From positions 69,068,001 through 69,132,000 of the forward strand of contig NC_086377.1 of assembly GCF_036588685.1 (NCBI RefSeq): a DNA stretch of 64,000 nucleotides, in the 5' to 3' direction. Below the pieces are notes generated by a model. The model was not told where the DNA came from. It ran no database searches and worked only from the letters and a program-made list of their open reading frames with translations. Position numbers and translations under genes: made by a program. Source of the stretch: Mytilus trossulus (taxonomy: Eukaryota). The first letter of the stretch is position 1. Each line of letters starts with the position of its first letter. Below, piece by piece: positions 39,552-52,200 of the stretch.

Positions 39552-39684
39552 GAAGTAGGGGAAACCGAGGAAGTCCCCACCGAGGAGCCGAATGACATTT
39601 AGTATGCGATGTTCAGTAATGGTAGTATAGTGGTTATAAGACTATGATATTTTGGAAAAATTAAACATTAATTTTGGGGAGCCA

Positions 39685-40200
39685 TGTTACTGTTGTACAT
39701 TAATTAGGAGTAAGATACATATTACGATTACAATCTAAGTAGTATATTGTCGTTTCTTTCCCCGGTATATCAGATTCCCATGAACGAAGCACGATGCTAT
39801 GAACACATAATTTTGACATGTTAATGGCCCAAAGAGGTAATTTGAACGTTATTAATGTAATAAATGTCCTTTAATATGAATAATTGATATATTCGCATAG
39901 TCATTTTGATATTGTGTAAGGTTTATATACTGCGATTTGTTTATATTTGGTATGCAACAGGGGTTTTGCATTGAAACTTATTTACGGTTCTTTTTTGTCT
40001 ACTTTCAGTTCTTACGTACACCTGCGTAAACCTGCGTAAACCTGCATAACAACGTATACCATGAACTTTGTATAATGTTAGACAACTGGGTGAAATATGC
40101 GATGCACTGTATGTTTATTTGACAATTGCGACATGAATAAAGTCATGAATAAAGTATCAGAACTTTCAGTGTATTTTTCTATGCGACGCCCACAGCTACA
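39685..40200 (+). repeat. 3' LTR (516 bp)
   Basis: Direct repeat of 31430-31952. Confidence 0.97.
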
Positions 40201-40821
40201 ATCATATACAATTATCCAAAAAATTGTCAAATTTACAGTAAAATGTTGAAATGCTTTTTAATAAAGGTCAAATCTGAATAAATATCTAAAAAGTAGTAAA
40301 ATTTGGTAAAACAAAAATGTTACCGAGGAAATGTTCGATTTTTATATAAAACTGTGGTGCTTCAATTTTACTTCATATACATTTATCTTTACATTTTAGA
40401 AAATTGTCTTGATCAAATGACCGATTTAAGGTAACATAATATACAATTATCCAAAAAAAATGTCAAATTTACAGTAAAATGTCAAAAAATTAAAAGATGA
40501 CCCCGATAGTGATTACTACCTATTTAAAGTTATGGATGTTCCTCACGTTCTTGGTTTCGACACACTAAAGTCATGGGGCTCCATATTGCCAACTGTTATC
40601 AGTGGATTGCATTATAATAATAAAACATCATCACCCCTACCGTAAACTTGTATCGAAAAAGGGCAATTGTTCGAACAGAATCGATAGTTTATTTATGTTC
40701 CGAAATTTACGTATCTAGAAATAGATTCATGGCTCTCAGTCGTAAGGTTTGTTTTCTTCTCAAAATTAATATCGCAGCCAAAAAGTAAACAAAAAACAAG
40801 CAACTACTACATCAACAGACC

Positions 40822-42450
40822 ATGAAAGATTCAGAGATGTGACAGACACTGAATTAGAATAATTAATAAAGGAACAAGAAAGCAAAAATACATCTCACCA
40901 CCTTTCAATCATATTTGAAAACTAAGCATAATGATACCAGAAAAATTAATGAAATCACTCCGCATGAATTGGACCACTTTTTAGGTTTCTTTTTTAGCTC
41001 ACCTAAGTGAGCTTTTCTCACCACTTGGCGTCCGTCGTTAACTTTTTACATTTTGAACTTCTTTTAGAGAAACGCTGAATGGAATGAAACCAAACATGGC
41101 ATGACTCTTCCTTATGAGGTGCTGACGAAGTGTTGTTACTTTGTAGCCGATCCATCATCCAAGATGGCCGCCAGCGGGGGACTTACTTTAACATAGGACC
41201 CTATGGGAAATGCATACAAATGACTTCTTTTAGAGAACCACCAAATGGAATGAAACCAAACATGGCGTGAATGTTCCTTATGAGGTGCTGACCAAGTGTT
41301 GTTACTTTGTAGCCGATCCATCATCTTAGATGGCCGCCAGCAAGGGACTCAGTTGAACATGGGACCCTCAGGGAAATGCATTCAAATAACTTCTTTTAGA
41401 GAACCACTGAATGAAATAAAACAATACATAGCATGAATGTTCCTTATGAGGTGCTGACCAAGTGTTGTTACTTTGTAGCCGATCAATCATCCAAGATGGC
41501 TGCCAGTGGGTGACCTTTGAATGAAATCAAACATAGCCTGAATGTTCCTTCCTTATTAGGTTGTGTTGTTACTTTTAGCCAAATTTGATATTTGTTTATA
41601 TGATTTACAAAAAAACCAAGTAGAATCAGGTGAGCGATACAGGCTCTTGAGAGCCTCACGTTATGAGTGCCACAAAAGAAAGACAAAGCAATGGCACTAT
41701 GGAATATGAACCAACATCGTTGACATCCATCCAACAAAGTATCAGTCGGTATCTAAAAGTCAGCAACTACCAATGCGACATCATTACGGATGATGAATTA
41801 AAACAAAAAAACACAAACTTTGAGTGCAAAATTTTAAAACAATAAAGTCTCTTGTATTTTGAAATAAACCAAATGCTGCTGACCCATTGATGACATAAAT
41901 AAGTTCTTCTCTCAAAATGTAATGGGTGCAACAACTCCGCGCTCTCTAATGAATACAATATATATAAATAACAACTACCACTTTGGTATACGGGGCAACA
42001 GAACATTACAATTTATGTTGGAGGGGATATAACATTGATTGTGAACACACATATCTCCAGTATTGTCGTGAGCAACAAATTAAAACAAGACAGGGTGACA
42101 ATCTTTCCAATTTACGAAAAACCGGACCCATTGCAACGGAGAATAAAAATGACAACTCTAGATGTGCAGTATTTGCATACAAACTTTTAAACAAACAAGA
42201 TCAGAAACAATGAAAAAAGATGATTCCCAATTTTACAAACAATCAACAACATTTCAAGATAATAAGTATGGCTAAAAATTACTTTGGTATAAAGGTCAAA
42301 GGTTCGGTACACAATCAATTTCAAAAATAATAAATATTATGGCAACTGAAGCACTGTCTAATAACAACAAGAGGCTCACAGGTCACAGTGCAAGGAAAGG
42401 GTCGATAAAAAACCAAAAAGATTCAAGAGTTCAGGACATCAAAATGTGAA
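40822..42450 (+). pseudogene. Crypton-type tyrosine recombinase (DUF3504-like) pseudogene interrupted by a HINE
   Basis: QESKNT...ITPHELDHFLGFF|MSATK...EYEPTSLTSIQQSISRYLK...HFGIRG..EHYNL...KTRQG...RCAVFAYK...LTGHSARKGSI (H-x-x-R box); many frameshifts. Confidence 0.8.
40993..41660 (+). mobile_element. Complete Helentron-type HINE with 166-bp tandem monomers
   Basis: 5' AGCTCACCT plus inverted GTGAGCT, short GTCC/GTC microsatellite, monomers anchored at 41085/41251/41417, 3' subTIR AGGTGAGCG and hairpin AGGCTCttgaGAGCCT; inserted in a T run with no TSD. Confidence 0.85.
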
Positions 42451-44062
42451 CAGTCTCTCCTCATATTCAAAAAACTAGCTTAGAGCAGCAGAAAAGACTT
42501 CTTTAGTGTTATCAAATTCATCCGCATTTGTGTTCCCACACATTTCGTCCCACTGCCTCTACTTGAACCTCCGCGATCTCCTCTCCGCATTGTCGTAAAT
42601 GAAATCGTTCGTATATATATTCTCGTTTGGTTATAGTCTTTTGCAATATCGGAAATACATGTGTTGACAATGTGACGTCAGACTTCGGTTTTTCTCCGGA
42701 AATTGCCGATTAATATAATCGCATTAGGTGTGATTACTAATGCAAAACTCACCTGTGTGGAAATCGTTTTTAATACGCGGTTTATTTTAATCGATTACTA
42801 AATTTATTTGAAAGAGATGAAACCATAAAAAAAAATTCGACATTTAGACTGATATGACACTTTAATTACATCTGTGTTATATTGGCGTAATAATTGATAA
42901 GCCTGTAGATAAATAATTGTCGTTGCGATTGGTTCATGTCTGTCATATTGGTTTTGCGTACACCCTTTTTTAATTGCACTCGCCGTAGTGGAAGGAGCAT
43001 TAGTTCAACACTTGTCCGTCCGTACGTCCTGTCATACGTAAGTACATCCCAACATTGGTTTCCATATCTAACTTTTGTTGGACTCGACCAAATGTTAGGA
43101 AACGTATACTTATCACAACACACAAATCGAGTTTAAATTTTGAAGGCTTCACTTTTACCGTTGGAGAGTAATTAACCTTTACAAAAGGAAATATCGCTAA
43201 TTTATCGTTTCAACAAGAATGAAAACAATATTTTAACGTGTATACCCGAGTGATCAAAAGGTTAAGTACCGAAACAAACAAATTCAAGTTTTCAAAGTAT
43301 ATCCCGAAAAAACAATCAGAATCGTTATTAAACCAACTTATTTACGCGGATACTTTATTTCGGGTTTTACCCTTTCTTGACCACCTCGCGGCTATTTAAT
43401 TTCGCGATTATCTGATTTACTTGATGAAGTTTATTAAGGAAAGATCAAATATTGACATATTCGCGCCATTTTTCTACTCGCGAAAGTCCCGAAAATAAGT
43501 TGGCTTACAGTATTTGCAAGTCACTCCAATATTTAACAATGATAACCAAAACATATGATGTATATAACTACGTCACAAGAAACACTTGCAAGCGCACTAT
43601 AACACGGTTGATTTATACCACAGCCAGGTAGAATTAAGTTAAAAAAACACACGTTTGAAATATATCTTTGTACAGTACAATGAAACAATACAAGTAAAAT
43701 GGCACCGTCAATCTGCAAAGCATAATGGAATAATGTCACTATCAATTTGCACTATCTGTCAAATTGATCACTAGGTAGCAAAATGAAATACATTTTATAA
43801 TCACTTTAATACGACAATAACAGAATACACCAACATTGCAAAATGAATTATTAATACTATATACTATTCAAATCAATTAACCCAACTTTACTAAATAAAG
43901 TAGCAAATTGAACACGATATATTTTCACTGCCAAATAGCTATCATTATTTATTCCCTGGATATATTATTCGCTGCAAGATATTTTCTTTTATTTAGTTAA
44001 CTTTCCTTAACATATTCGATAATTTCCTCTCTACACTGGTTTGCTTTCTTCTAATTTGAACT

Positions 44063-44864
44063 CAGAGCTGCAACCCTCCGTTTGCCATCTGATGCATCCA
44101 TCTTGACTGCTTCTGAGCAATAATTTTGGCTTTGAAATTTATTGCTTCTTCAAAAAAATCCAAATTTATTATATGTTCGGATTTACTTTCATGCTTACAA
44201 GCTATACGAAATACTAAAATTAAAAACCCAACAATTATCAAACTTTTATGGGTAATGAGGAATTTAAAAATTCTTCTGAAAGAAATAATATTTCTATGGG
44301 TTCCGAGTCATGTTGGAATCCTTGGAAACACAGCTGTAGACCTTGAGGCATAGAATGCCCTGGGTGACCCTGTATCTAACTGTGATATACCATATACTGA
44401 TTTTAAATCTAATATTAGAGGATATGTTTTTAATATATTGAAAAATAAATGGAGTAAAAAAGATGATATGCAAGTATACTATTAAACATGTTTTAATTAA
44501 TTGTATTGACTTTGCTGATATTCGTAAGAAGCATTTCAATGTCAATAATATGTATGATTTATTCAATAATGTTCCATTTACAAATATTGTTGCTTTTTTA
44601 AAAGAAATTGGAATTTATTATAGAATATAAGAATGTTATTATATTGAAATCGATTTTAATTTTTATCACGTTATTTTACTGTTGATTTTTATTTGTATAT
44701 AATAAATTTGCTTTAGTCAAGAATTTTAGTATATTGAAGGACTTTTGCCTTATTTTAAAAATATGCTTTAAATTATAAAAATTATTCGAATTAGCTCTCG
44801 CCGCGATATAGCCTGTTTGTGATAATGCGGCGTAAAGCAACCAACTATCAATCAATCAATCAAT
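44063..44864 (+). mobile_element. 5'-truncated copy of the I-group LINE with internal deletion
   Basis: Matches 52235-53202 minus ~160 bp; (CAAT)n tail; TSD CTAATTTGAACT at 44051-44062 and 44865-44876. Confidence 0.93.
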
Positions 44865-45464
44865 CTAATTTGAACTACATATTATTCCATTTCGTTTCAT
44901 CGTTGTTGGTGTTGCCTTTTCAACAATATGCCTCTGCAAACTTTTCAGCAAGACTTGGTATTAAAATGACATCTGAAAGCAGATTCTCTTACTGCTTCTC
45001 TTAATTAACACGTAACAGTTGTGGTAGATTTATCATCTAATTCATGAAACTCAATAGGGTGGGTTGAGCTGTTGTTGTTCTTTCTTTTCTACGATAACTC
45101 CTCTCATGTTCCTTTATTCTATTCTTTTTCAATAATGATTACTTTCAGATGTTAATAATACATTGCCATCTTTTTCTCTGGCTTTTCAATTCATGCTGTG
45201 CAATGAATCTAATATCAGCTTTATCAACTATCCAGCCTCATTTAATATTAGATGTTCCTGCTGAAATTTTTTCAAGATCAACAAGTGTATTATATATAAC
45301 CTGCGATTCTCTTACATCAAATTGTATTAAAATATAAAAAAAAATGTGTGGGAATATAATCACAATGAGCAAACTGGTGTAAATACAGTTATTAGAAATG
45401 CTAGAATAAGTTACACTGTGACTAGGAGTTTTGGTCCTCAATGCTCTTCAACTTTTGGATTCGA

Positions 45465-45508
45465 GCGTCACTGTTGAGTCTTTTGTAGACGAAACGCGCG
45501 TCTGGCGT
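45465..45508 (+). ncRNA. Minimal type I hammerhead ribozyme, A6U core mutation
   Basis: Stem I GCGTCA/TGGCGT, core CTGTTGA, stem II GTCT-tttgt-AGAC, GAA, palindromic stem III ACGCGCGT, GUC cleavage triplet ending 45502. Confidence 0.8.
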
Positions 45509-45559
45509 ATATAGTATATACAAAAGTTAGTCCTGGTATCTATAATCAGTTTATTTACG

Positions 45560-46900
45560 GCTATCATTTGGGGGCAGTTCTTTCGTTCCGTGCTCTCTTC
45601 CCCTGTCCTGGTTTTGTAGCTATACGCTTTGCCTTTCATGTTAATTTTCCATCTGTTGGCACAATCTTTTCGGGCACACACCTTTTCTTACTGTCTCTCA
45701 GGGAATTGCTGAATGCACAAAGCTGTTGACTATCGGACTTCTGTCGCCAAGCTAATTCTGGAATCAAAAAATTACAATACATAGGAGTAAGTCTGTAATT
45801 CCCACTGCTGTATAAAGATCTCTTGGCGTCATCAACCACGTTGTAAATTGAATCTATAAGATCAGGTGTTCTTTTCGGTTTCCAGTTGACAAACATTGTT
45901 CATTGATTCTGAATTGTTGTTGGTCCACAGTTCACCTTTGAATTGTTCCTCTTGTCTTGGGTTCGTTACAAACTCGTCGATTTTGTTCTTGTAGAATTGA
46001 GAAAAGTATTTGTTAAACTTTTAATTTGAAGAAACAGTGTTGATTTCTGATGATATCCTATTAAATTCATATCTGTCCTTGGCGTTGACTTGTCACTTTT
46101 CACCAAAAACATTTCGGATATTATAACTCGGTCGTCTGTTTCCACGGCAGCTACGTCGGACATGTAATGTTTAAGATTGTCTTTAAAATGTTTCGTGCAT
46201 AGATCTCTTTCTGAAAATGGGAATGATGCTTCTATTGCTTTGGTCAATGCTTTGTCGTCATCACTGCTAAATTCCATTAAAGAAGATATCCAAAGATCGA
46301 CATCTACGCAAACTGGCGTTTCTAAAGCTGCAGAAATATAATAAAAAAAATTCGTCGGTATGACCTGTATGATGCATCTTGTTGTAAACATATCGGGCTA
46401 AAAAAAAATGGATGATCTTTTGTTTCCTTCTTTATAAGTCGGCAATTCTTACAAACTAATGTTGTAACGAAGAAAGGTCCTAAATTAATGGTGCGGTCAA
46501 TTCCCAGTCTTCCCATTTTAGATTTAATGAAATGGTCTAGAAGTTGTTCGCTGGTGTAACATGTGATGGATGGCACTTGGTTTTTTGGATGACCGACTTC
46601 TTGTATAAATGAATGAGTGTCTTTCATGACAATAACTTCAAGTAAATTCGTCTGAAATATTATAATTTTGAATGTTTACACGTTTCTCTTTCTTTTCGTC
46701 TCTATACTTTATATTTTTGATCTGTTTTGTGTCTCCAGAAGCCAAATTGATATCAAGTTTGTAGATGGTCTGAATAAATCTGTTGCAGTTTATTTAACTT
46801 TACGTCTGCATGGATTTGCTGCATGGTTTGAGAGTCTGTTTTTATGAATAGCGCATTGCTAACGGGTGGATACTGCCCAAGGTATTCTCCCATTGTTCAA
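45560..46900 (-). pseudogene. MULE (Mutator-like) transposase pseudogene
   Basis: EYLGQYP...KQIKNIKY...LGIDRTINLGPFFVTTLV...SDDDKALTKAIEASFPFSERDLCTKHFKDN...WTNNNSES; multiple frameshifts. Confidence 0.8.
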
Positions 46901-47775
46901 ACTAAAATGAACAATTAATTAAAGTTTCGTGTTGGTAATCACAGGACCATTGCCACACATTCGTTGGTCTTGCTCACTTTTCCTTATTATCAGTTCTATG
47001 ATGCGTTTTATTACTCTCTTTATAGGTCATTTCGGTGGATCGCTATCCTTGCCGTGGTCGGAGGGCTTGCGTGTCTCAGTGACCCCAAGAGCTATGCCAG
47101 CTGGAGCTTCGTCTCCTGGTAGGGTTACCCATGCTGGACAGGTCGAAGGGTAGAGACCAGACTAAAGTGATCCGAACATCGTGAGATGCCCGATGTTTTA
47201 AATAAAATAGGCTCTCCAACCCGTTTGCCGTGGGTTGCTACCCGTGTCGGTGGTTGACGAGATCCTTGTGGATGAGGGCTATAGCCAGACTCCTTACGGT
47301 CAGAAAATACCCGGACGGACGAGACTATAGTTCAATAAGCTGCTTTGGCTTCGAAATCATCTAAACGGGAGGTCGGATGGACCCGGTTCGATCAATCGGC
47401 TGGTCATGTCGAGCCCTTCAGTTAATCCTCAACAATAAGCTTTCTTGTTACAATTTTCATAATATACACATGTATTTTAAATTAAGCTATTTATATTTTG
47501 GATAACTGAAGAAGGCGATGGCTCATGGGTCAATCAAGTGGTACGCTTTCTTTTTCGCTTGATGGATACGCTCTGCTTGAGTATACTATTCTTGGAACAT
47601 CTGATGCTTTCCGCAGTGGATCTTGGGTGCTGATTTTGAGGACCAGCTACATTATATTTGGAGCTCGTTTTCAGCATTAGCACTCGATCCCGGTTCGCCA
47701 CGGAAACACAGCATCGCCCTTGTAGGCACTCCGAGGTGGGTGGATGGCAAGAATGGTGAATCTTTCTCCTTTCAT

Positions 47776-49296
47776 ATGGCACAACAAAACAAACCCTCTA
47801 AATCAGCTTTAATACATAAGAAAAGAAAATGTGATGATTCAGAGCCCTGTCGGGAAGATGACAGTTGGCCCAGATTTATTGTAATAAAAGGAACAGAAGA
47901 AAAACCAATTTCAAAAATATCGCCCTTTGTAATTCACAAACAAATTCAAAGCGTTGCTGGTACTGTTAAAAAAGTTTCAAAAATGAGATCTGGCAATTTG
48001 TTGGTTGAATGTTCCAACAAAAGTCAATCAACAAATTTACTTACAATGACTACAATAACAAACTTTCCTGTTTCTGCCTCTCCTCATAACAGTTTGAACA
48101 GCTGTAAGGGGATCATTCGAGACAGAAGTCAATACCTTGGTGACCTTACCGTGGAAGAAATCGGTGAGGAACTTTCAAGCCAAGGTGTAACTAATGTTAT
48201 TAGATTTCAAATTAAAAAGAATGGAAATATAATCAAATTAAATACTTATCTTTTGACCTTTAGAACTCCAACTCCTCCTCCATCTATTACTTTAGGTTGC
48301 TTCGGAATCAGAGTTGACATGTTTATCCCAAACCCAATTCGATGCTTTACTTGTCAAAAGTTTGGTCATGGAAGCAAACAATGTCGTGGTAAGCAGAGAT
48401 GCTTCAAGTGTTCTGACGAAGGACACGAGGGAACAAACTGTCACTCTGAATCTTCTAAATGTGTAAACTGTGGTGAATCCCATTTTTCATCGTCTAGGGA
48501 CTGCCCTGTTTACATTAAAGAAAAAAATATTATTAAAATTAAAACAGAAAGAAACATTAGTTACCCAGAAGCTAAACAGATAGCTTCTGTTTCGAATGAT
48601 CTCCTTGTTTCAAACAGACCATCGTACGCCAGCAAAGTTGTCCGCTCATTCAGTCACGAGAATACACAAACTCGCATGACTTGGCCAATTGATGCGGACA
48701 ATTTTAAAATGCTACCTGTTGAAACAGAACCTACCGATAGAATATTAATTCCAAGAAAACCAATATCTTCCAAAACCAGTACTCAGTCAACTCAATCTTC
48801 CCTACAGAGCTCACTATCATCACCAAAAAAAAATGAGAAAAAAAATAAAAAGAAAAAAGAAACAGTAGAAATACACAATTGGAGCGGTGAATCTGTCTGG
48901 GATCTTCCCAATGACATAGATGATTCTTCCACCTCCAAAAGTCTTCCTTCATCTGCATCCAAGAAGGTATCTTCTTCGTCCAGTACACAGTCTACCAGAG
49001 CCCCATCTCCTCTTCGTTCTCAAGAAAAGAAGGATGTCCAAAAGAAGCCAGGAAATACATCCTCTCAGAAGTCTTCTGATTCGAGGTCGCGGGGTAGGGG
49101 TCGAGGCGGAGTAACACCAGCTGCGCGTAGTCCTGAAGATCGACGACTCTCCTCGCACAACAGATTTTCAACACTTATCATCGAAACTGAAATGGAAACT
49201 GAAAGTGTTCCGCCACCCGAAAGATCACGATCTCAGGGTGAGCGAAATAAGAATGCTGGCAAACTCGACAGCATTCGCCCTTCTTTTAAAAAATAA
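47776..49296 (+). CDS. LINE ORF1p, nucleic-acid-binding protein with three CCHC knuckles
   Basis: First ATG 47776 (MAQQNK); ISPFVIHK...SGNLLVE, PNPIRCFTCQKFGHGSKQC, CFKCSDEGHEGTNC, CVNCGESHFSSSRDC. Confidence 0.93.
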   Translation: MAQQNKPSKSALIHKKRKCDDSEPCREDDSWPRFIVIKGTEEKPISKISPFVIHKQIQSVAGTVKKVSKMRSGNLLVECSNKSQSTNLLTMTTITNFPVSASPHNSLNSCKGIIRDRSQYLGDLTVEEIGEELSSQGVTNVIRFQIKKNGNIIKLNTYLLTFRTPTPPPSITLGCFGIRVDMFIPNPIRCFTCQKFGHGSKQCRGKQRCFKCSDEGHEGTNCHSESSKCVNCGESHFSSSRDCPVYIKEKNIIKIKTERNISYPEAKQIASVSNDLLVSNRPSYASKVVRSFSHENTQTRMTWPIDADNFKMLPVETEPTDRILIPRKPISSKTSTQSTQSSLQSSLSSPKKNEKKNKKKKETVEIHNWSGESVWDLPNDIDDSSTSKSLPSSASKKVSSSSSTQSTRAPSPLRSQEKKDVQKKPGNTSSQKSSDSRSRGRGRGGVTPAARSPEDRRLSSHNRFSTLIIETEMETESVPPPERSRSQGERNKNAGKLDSIRPSFKK

Positions 49297-52200
49297 TGAC
49301 AAATATAATCCAATGGAATTGCCGAGGTCTTAAAATAAATCTTCTCGAGTTAACACTTCTAGTTCAGTCTTTTTTACCTATTGCATTTTGTCTTCAAGAA
49401 ACTCATCTAAAAGAAAGTGACAACGTATCTTTAAAAGGATACAACATGTATAGCACATTTTCTAAGGTAGATGAACGTGCTGCAGGCGGATCATCAATTT
49501 TTGTGAAGGACAACGTCATTCATAGCACAGTCCAACTCACAACGGATCTGCAAGCAGTTGCAATTCGTTTATCATTAGACAAAACAATTACATTATGTTC
49601 GATATATATTCCACCTAATTCAATTATCGATAAAGCAAAACTCAAAAACCTCACTGATCAATTACCCTCACCATTTATACTTATGGGCGACTTCAATGCC
49701 CACAATCCATTATGGGGTAGCAAGACTCATAATGCCAAAGGTAAGATCATTGAGGACTTTGTCTCTCAAGAAGGATTATGCATTTTTAATGATGGATCTA
49801 ATACGTATCTTCATCCTGGAAACGGGTCTTATTCTTCTATTGATATCACTATATGCGATCCCTCTCTGCTTCTGGATTATTCATGGCGTGTTCATGATGA
49901 TCTATGCGGAAGTGATCATTTTCCAATAGTACTTGAACATCTTTTTAATTCTGCCCAACAGAGAGTACCACGTTGGAAACTTGACAAGGCGGACTGGTCC
50001 CTGTTTGAGAATCTCTGTCGAGCGGAACTTCAGTCAAAGATGTTTGAGACTGTGCAAGATCCAATTTTAACTTTTAATACAGTTCTAACGTCAATTGCTG
50101 ACAGAACTATTCCTAAGACCTCGGCAAATCCAAAACATCCCAGTAAACCGTGGTTTGATGACGCATGTGATCAAGCCATAGGTGACCGTAAAAAATCTGA
50201 AAGACGGTTCAATCAACAACCAACGACGGAAAACTTGAGTAATTTCCGTATTTTTCGCGCTAAGGCACGGCGGACTTGTAGGCAAGCCCGACGAACATCC
50301 TGGAAAAAATTTGTCTCGGGGATTACATCTCGCACTCCGATGACAAAAGTTTGGAATATGGTAAATAAAATAAAAGGTAAAAATTCTAAAGCCACTGTAA
50401 AACATTTGAAAGACGGCAATACTTTATTAACATCTGAAAAGGATATTGCCAACAAACTTGGTGAAACTTTTGCAAAGTCTTCTTCTTGTAACAACTACAG
50501 GGAAGACTTTAAAAAAGTTAAAAAACAAAAAGAAAAAATTAAATTAAATTTTAAATCAAAAAATGGTGAAAATTATAATAAACTATTTTCTCTTGAAGAA
50601 CTTAAAACATCTCTGTCAAAAGCCCATGATACAGCTTGTGGGCCTGATAATATTCACTACCAACTCTTAAAACACTTGCCAGATTCCTCGCTAGAAGCTC
50701 TCTTGCAGCTCATGAATAACATCTGGGAATCTGGTGATTTACCATCAATCTGGAAGCTTGCAACCGTCGTGCCTATTCCAAAACCAAGTAAAGATCATAC
50801 GGATCCTATTAATTATCGACCAATTGCTCTTACCAGTTGTGTCTGTAAAACACTCGAACGGATGGTCAATGATCGACTTGTTTGGTTCCTGGAATCCAAT
50901 GGGCTATTAGCCAATATCCAGTGTGGATTCCGACAGGGTCGCAGTACTCTTGATCATCTTGTTCGATTCGAATCATTTGTCCGTAATGGTTTTGCGAAAA
51001 ATGAGCATGTGGTGTCGGTCTTTTTCGACCTTGAGAAAGCCTATGATACTGCATGGAAATATGGTATTTTAAAAGATTTATTTGATATGGGGTTGAAAGG
51101 CAATATGCCTAATTTTATTTCTAATTTTCTCTCGAACAGACAATTTAATGTAAGAGTTAATTCGACCATGTCTGATCTATATGATCAAGAGATGGGTGTC
51201 CCTCAGGGCAGTATTTTATCTGTTACATTATTTAGTCTTAAAATCAACAGCCTTGTTGAAGTTTTAAAAAGTAATATTGAAGGTTCATTGTACGTTGATG
51301 ATTTTTTAATATGTTACAGAGGCAAAAATATGAATAACATTGAAAGACAATTACAATTATGTCTTGGAAGAATTGAAAAATGGGCCTCAGAAAATGGTTT
51401 TAAATTTTCCACTTCAAAAACGGTCGGGATGCATTTTTGTAACAAAAGAAAATTGCATCTTGATCCAGAACTAACTTTGTACGGCAACCCAATTAAAATG
51501 GTTGATGAAACCAAATTTCTTGGTTTACTTTTCGATAAAAAGTTAACCTTTCTACCCCATATCAAAATGTTAAAAGCGAGATGTTTAAAAGCTTTAGATA
51601 TTTTAAAAGTTGTCGGCAGCACTGACTGGGGTGCTGATCGCAACATTTTACTCAATTTATATAGATCTATTGTTAGATCTAAACTAGATTATGGCTCTAT
51701 AGTGTATGGCTCTACAAGGAAGTCCTACATACAGATTCTCGATGCTGTGCATCACCAAGGTTTGCGTCTCTGTCTTGGCGCATTTAAAACCTCACCAGTT
51801 GAGAGTCTGTATGTAGAGGCTGATGAGCACTCACTCACTGACAGACGTTTGAAGCTTGGACTTCAATATGCTGTCAAACTAAAAGCCCATTCAGATAATC
51901 CTGCCTACAGCTGTGTTTTTAATCCGATTTATGAAGATATTTTTGCAAAACATGAAAATAAAATTCCTCCACTAGGTTTACGTTTAAAACCACATTTAGC
52001 TTCTTTTGATTTAAAATCTGTTGCTCAAGTTCAAACTTGCAAATGTCCTCCATGGGAACTTCCCAAACCAAAAATGATATTTGATCTCCGTGAACACAAT
52101 AAAAATAAAACAAATCCTCTTTTAATTCAGCAACACTATGCTGAAATTAAAGCCGATTATCTAGATTTTTCAACTGTCTATACTGATGGATCAAAAGATG

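Larger units (their letters stand above)
31430..40200 (+). mobile_element. Full-length BEL/Pao LTR retrotransposon (disabled)
   Basis: TG...CA LTRs 31430-31952 and 39685-40200; PPT-like TTTTGGGGAGCCA before the 3' LTR; gag-PR-RT-RH-IN order with Pao-type motifs. Confidence 0.97.

Noticed and set aside
47623-47775. TTG-initiated N-terminal extension of LINE ORF1
   Set aside because: Non-ATG start from the ORF caller; the first ATG at 47776 is more plausible in a eukaryote.
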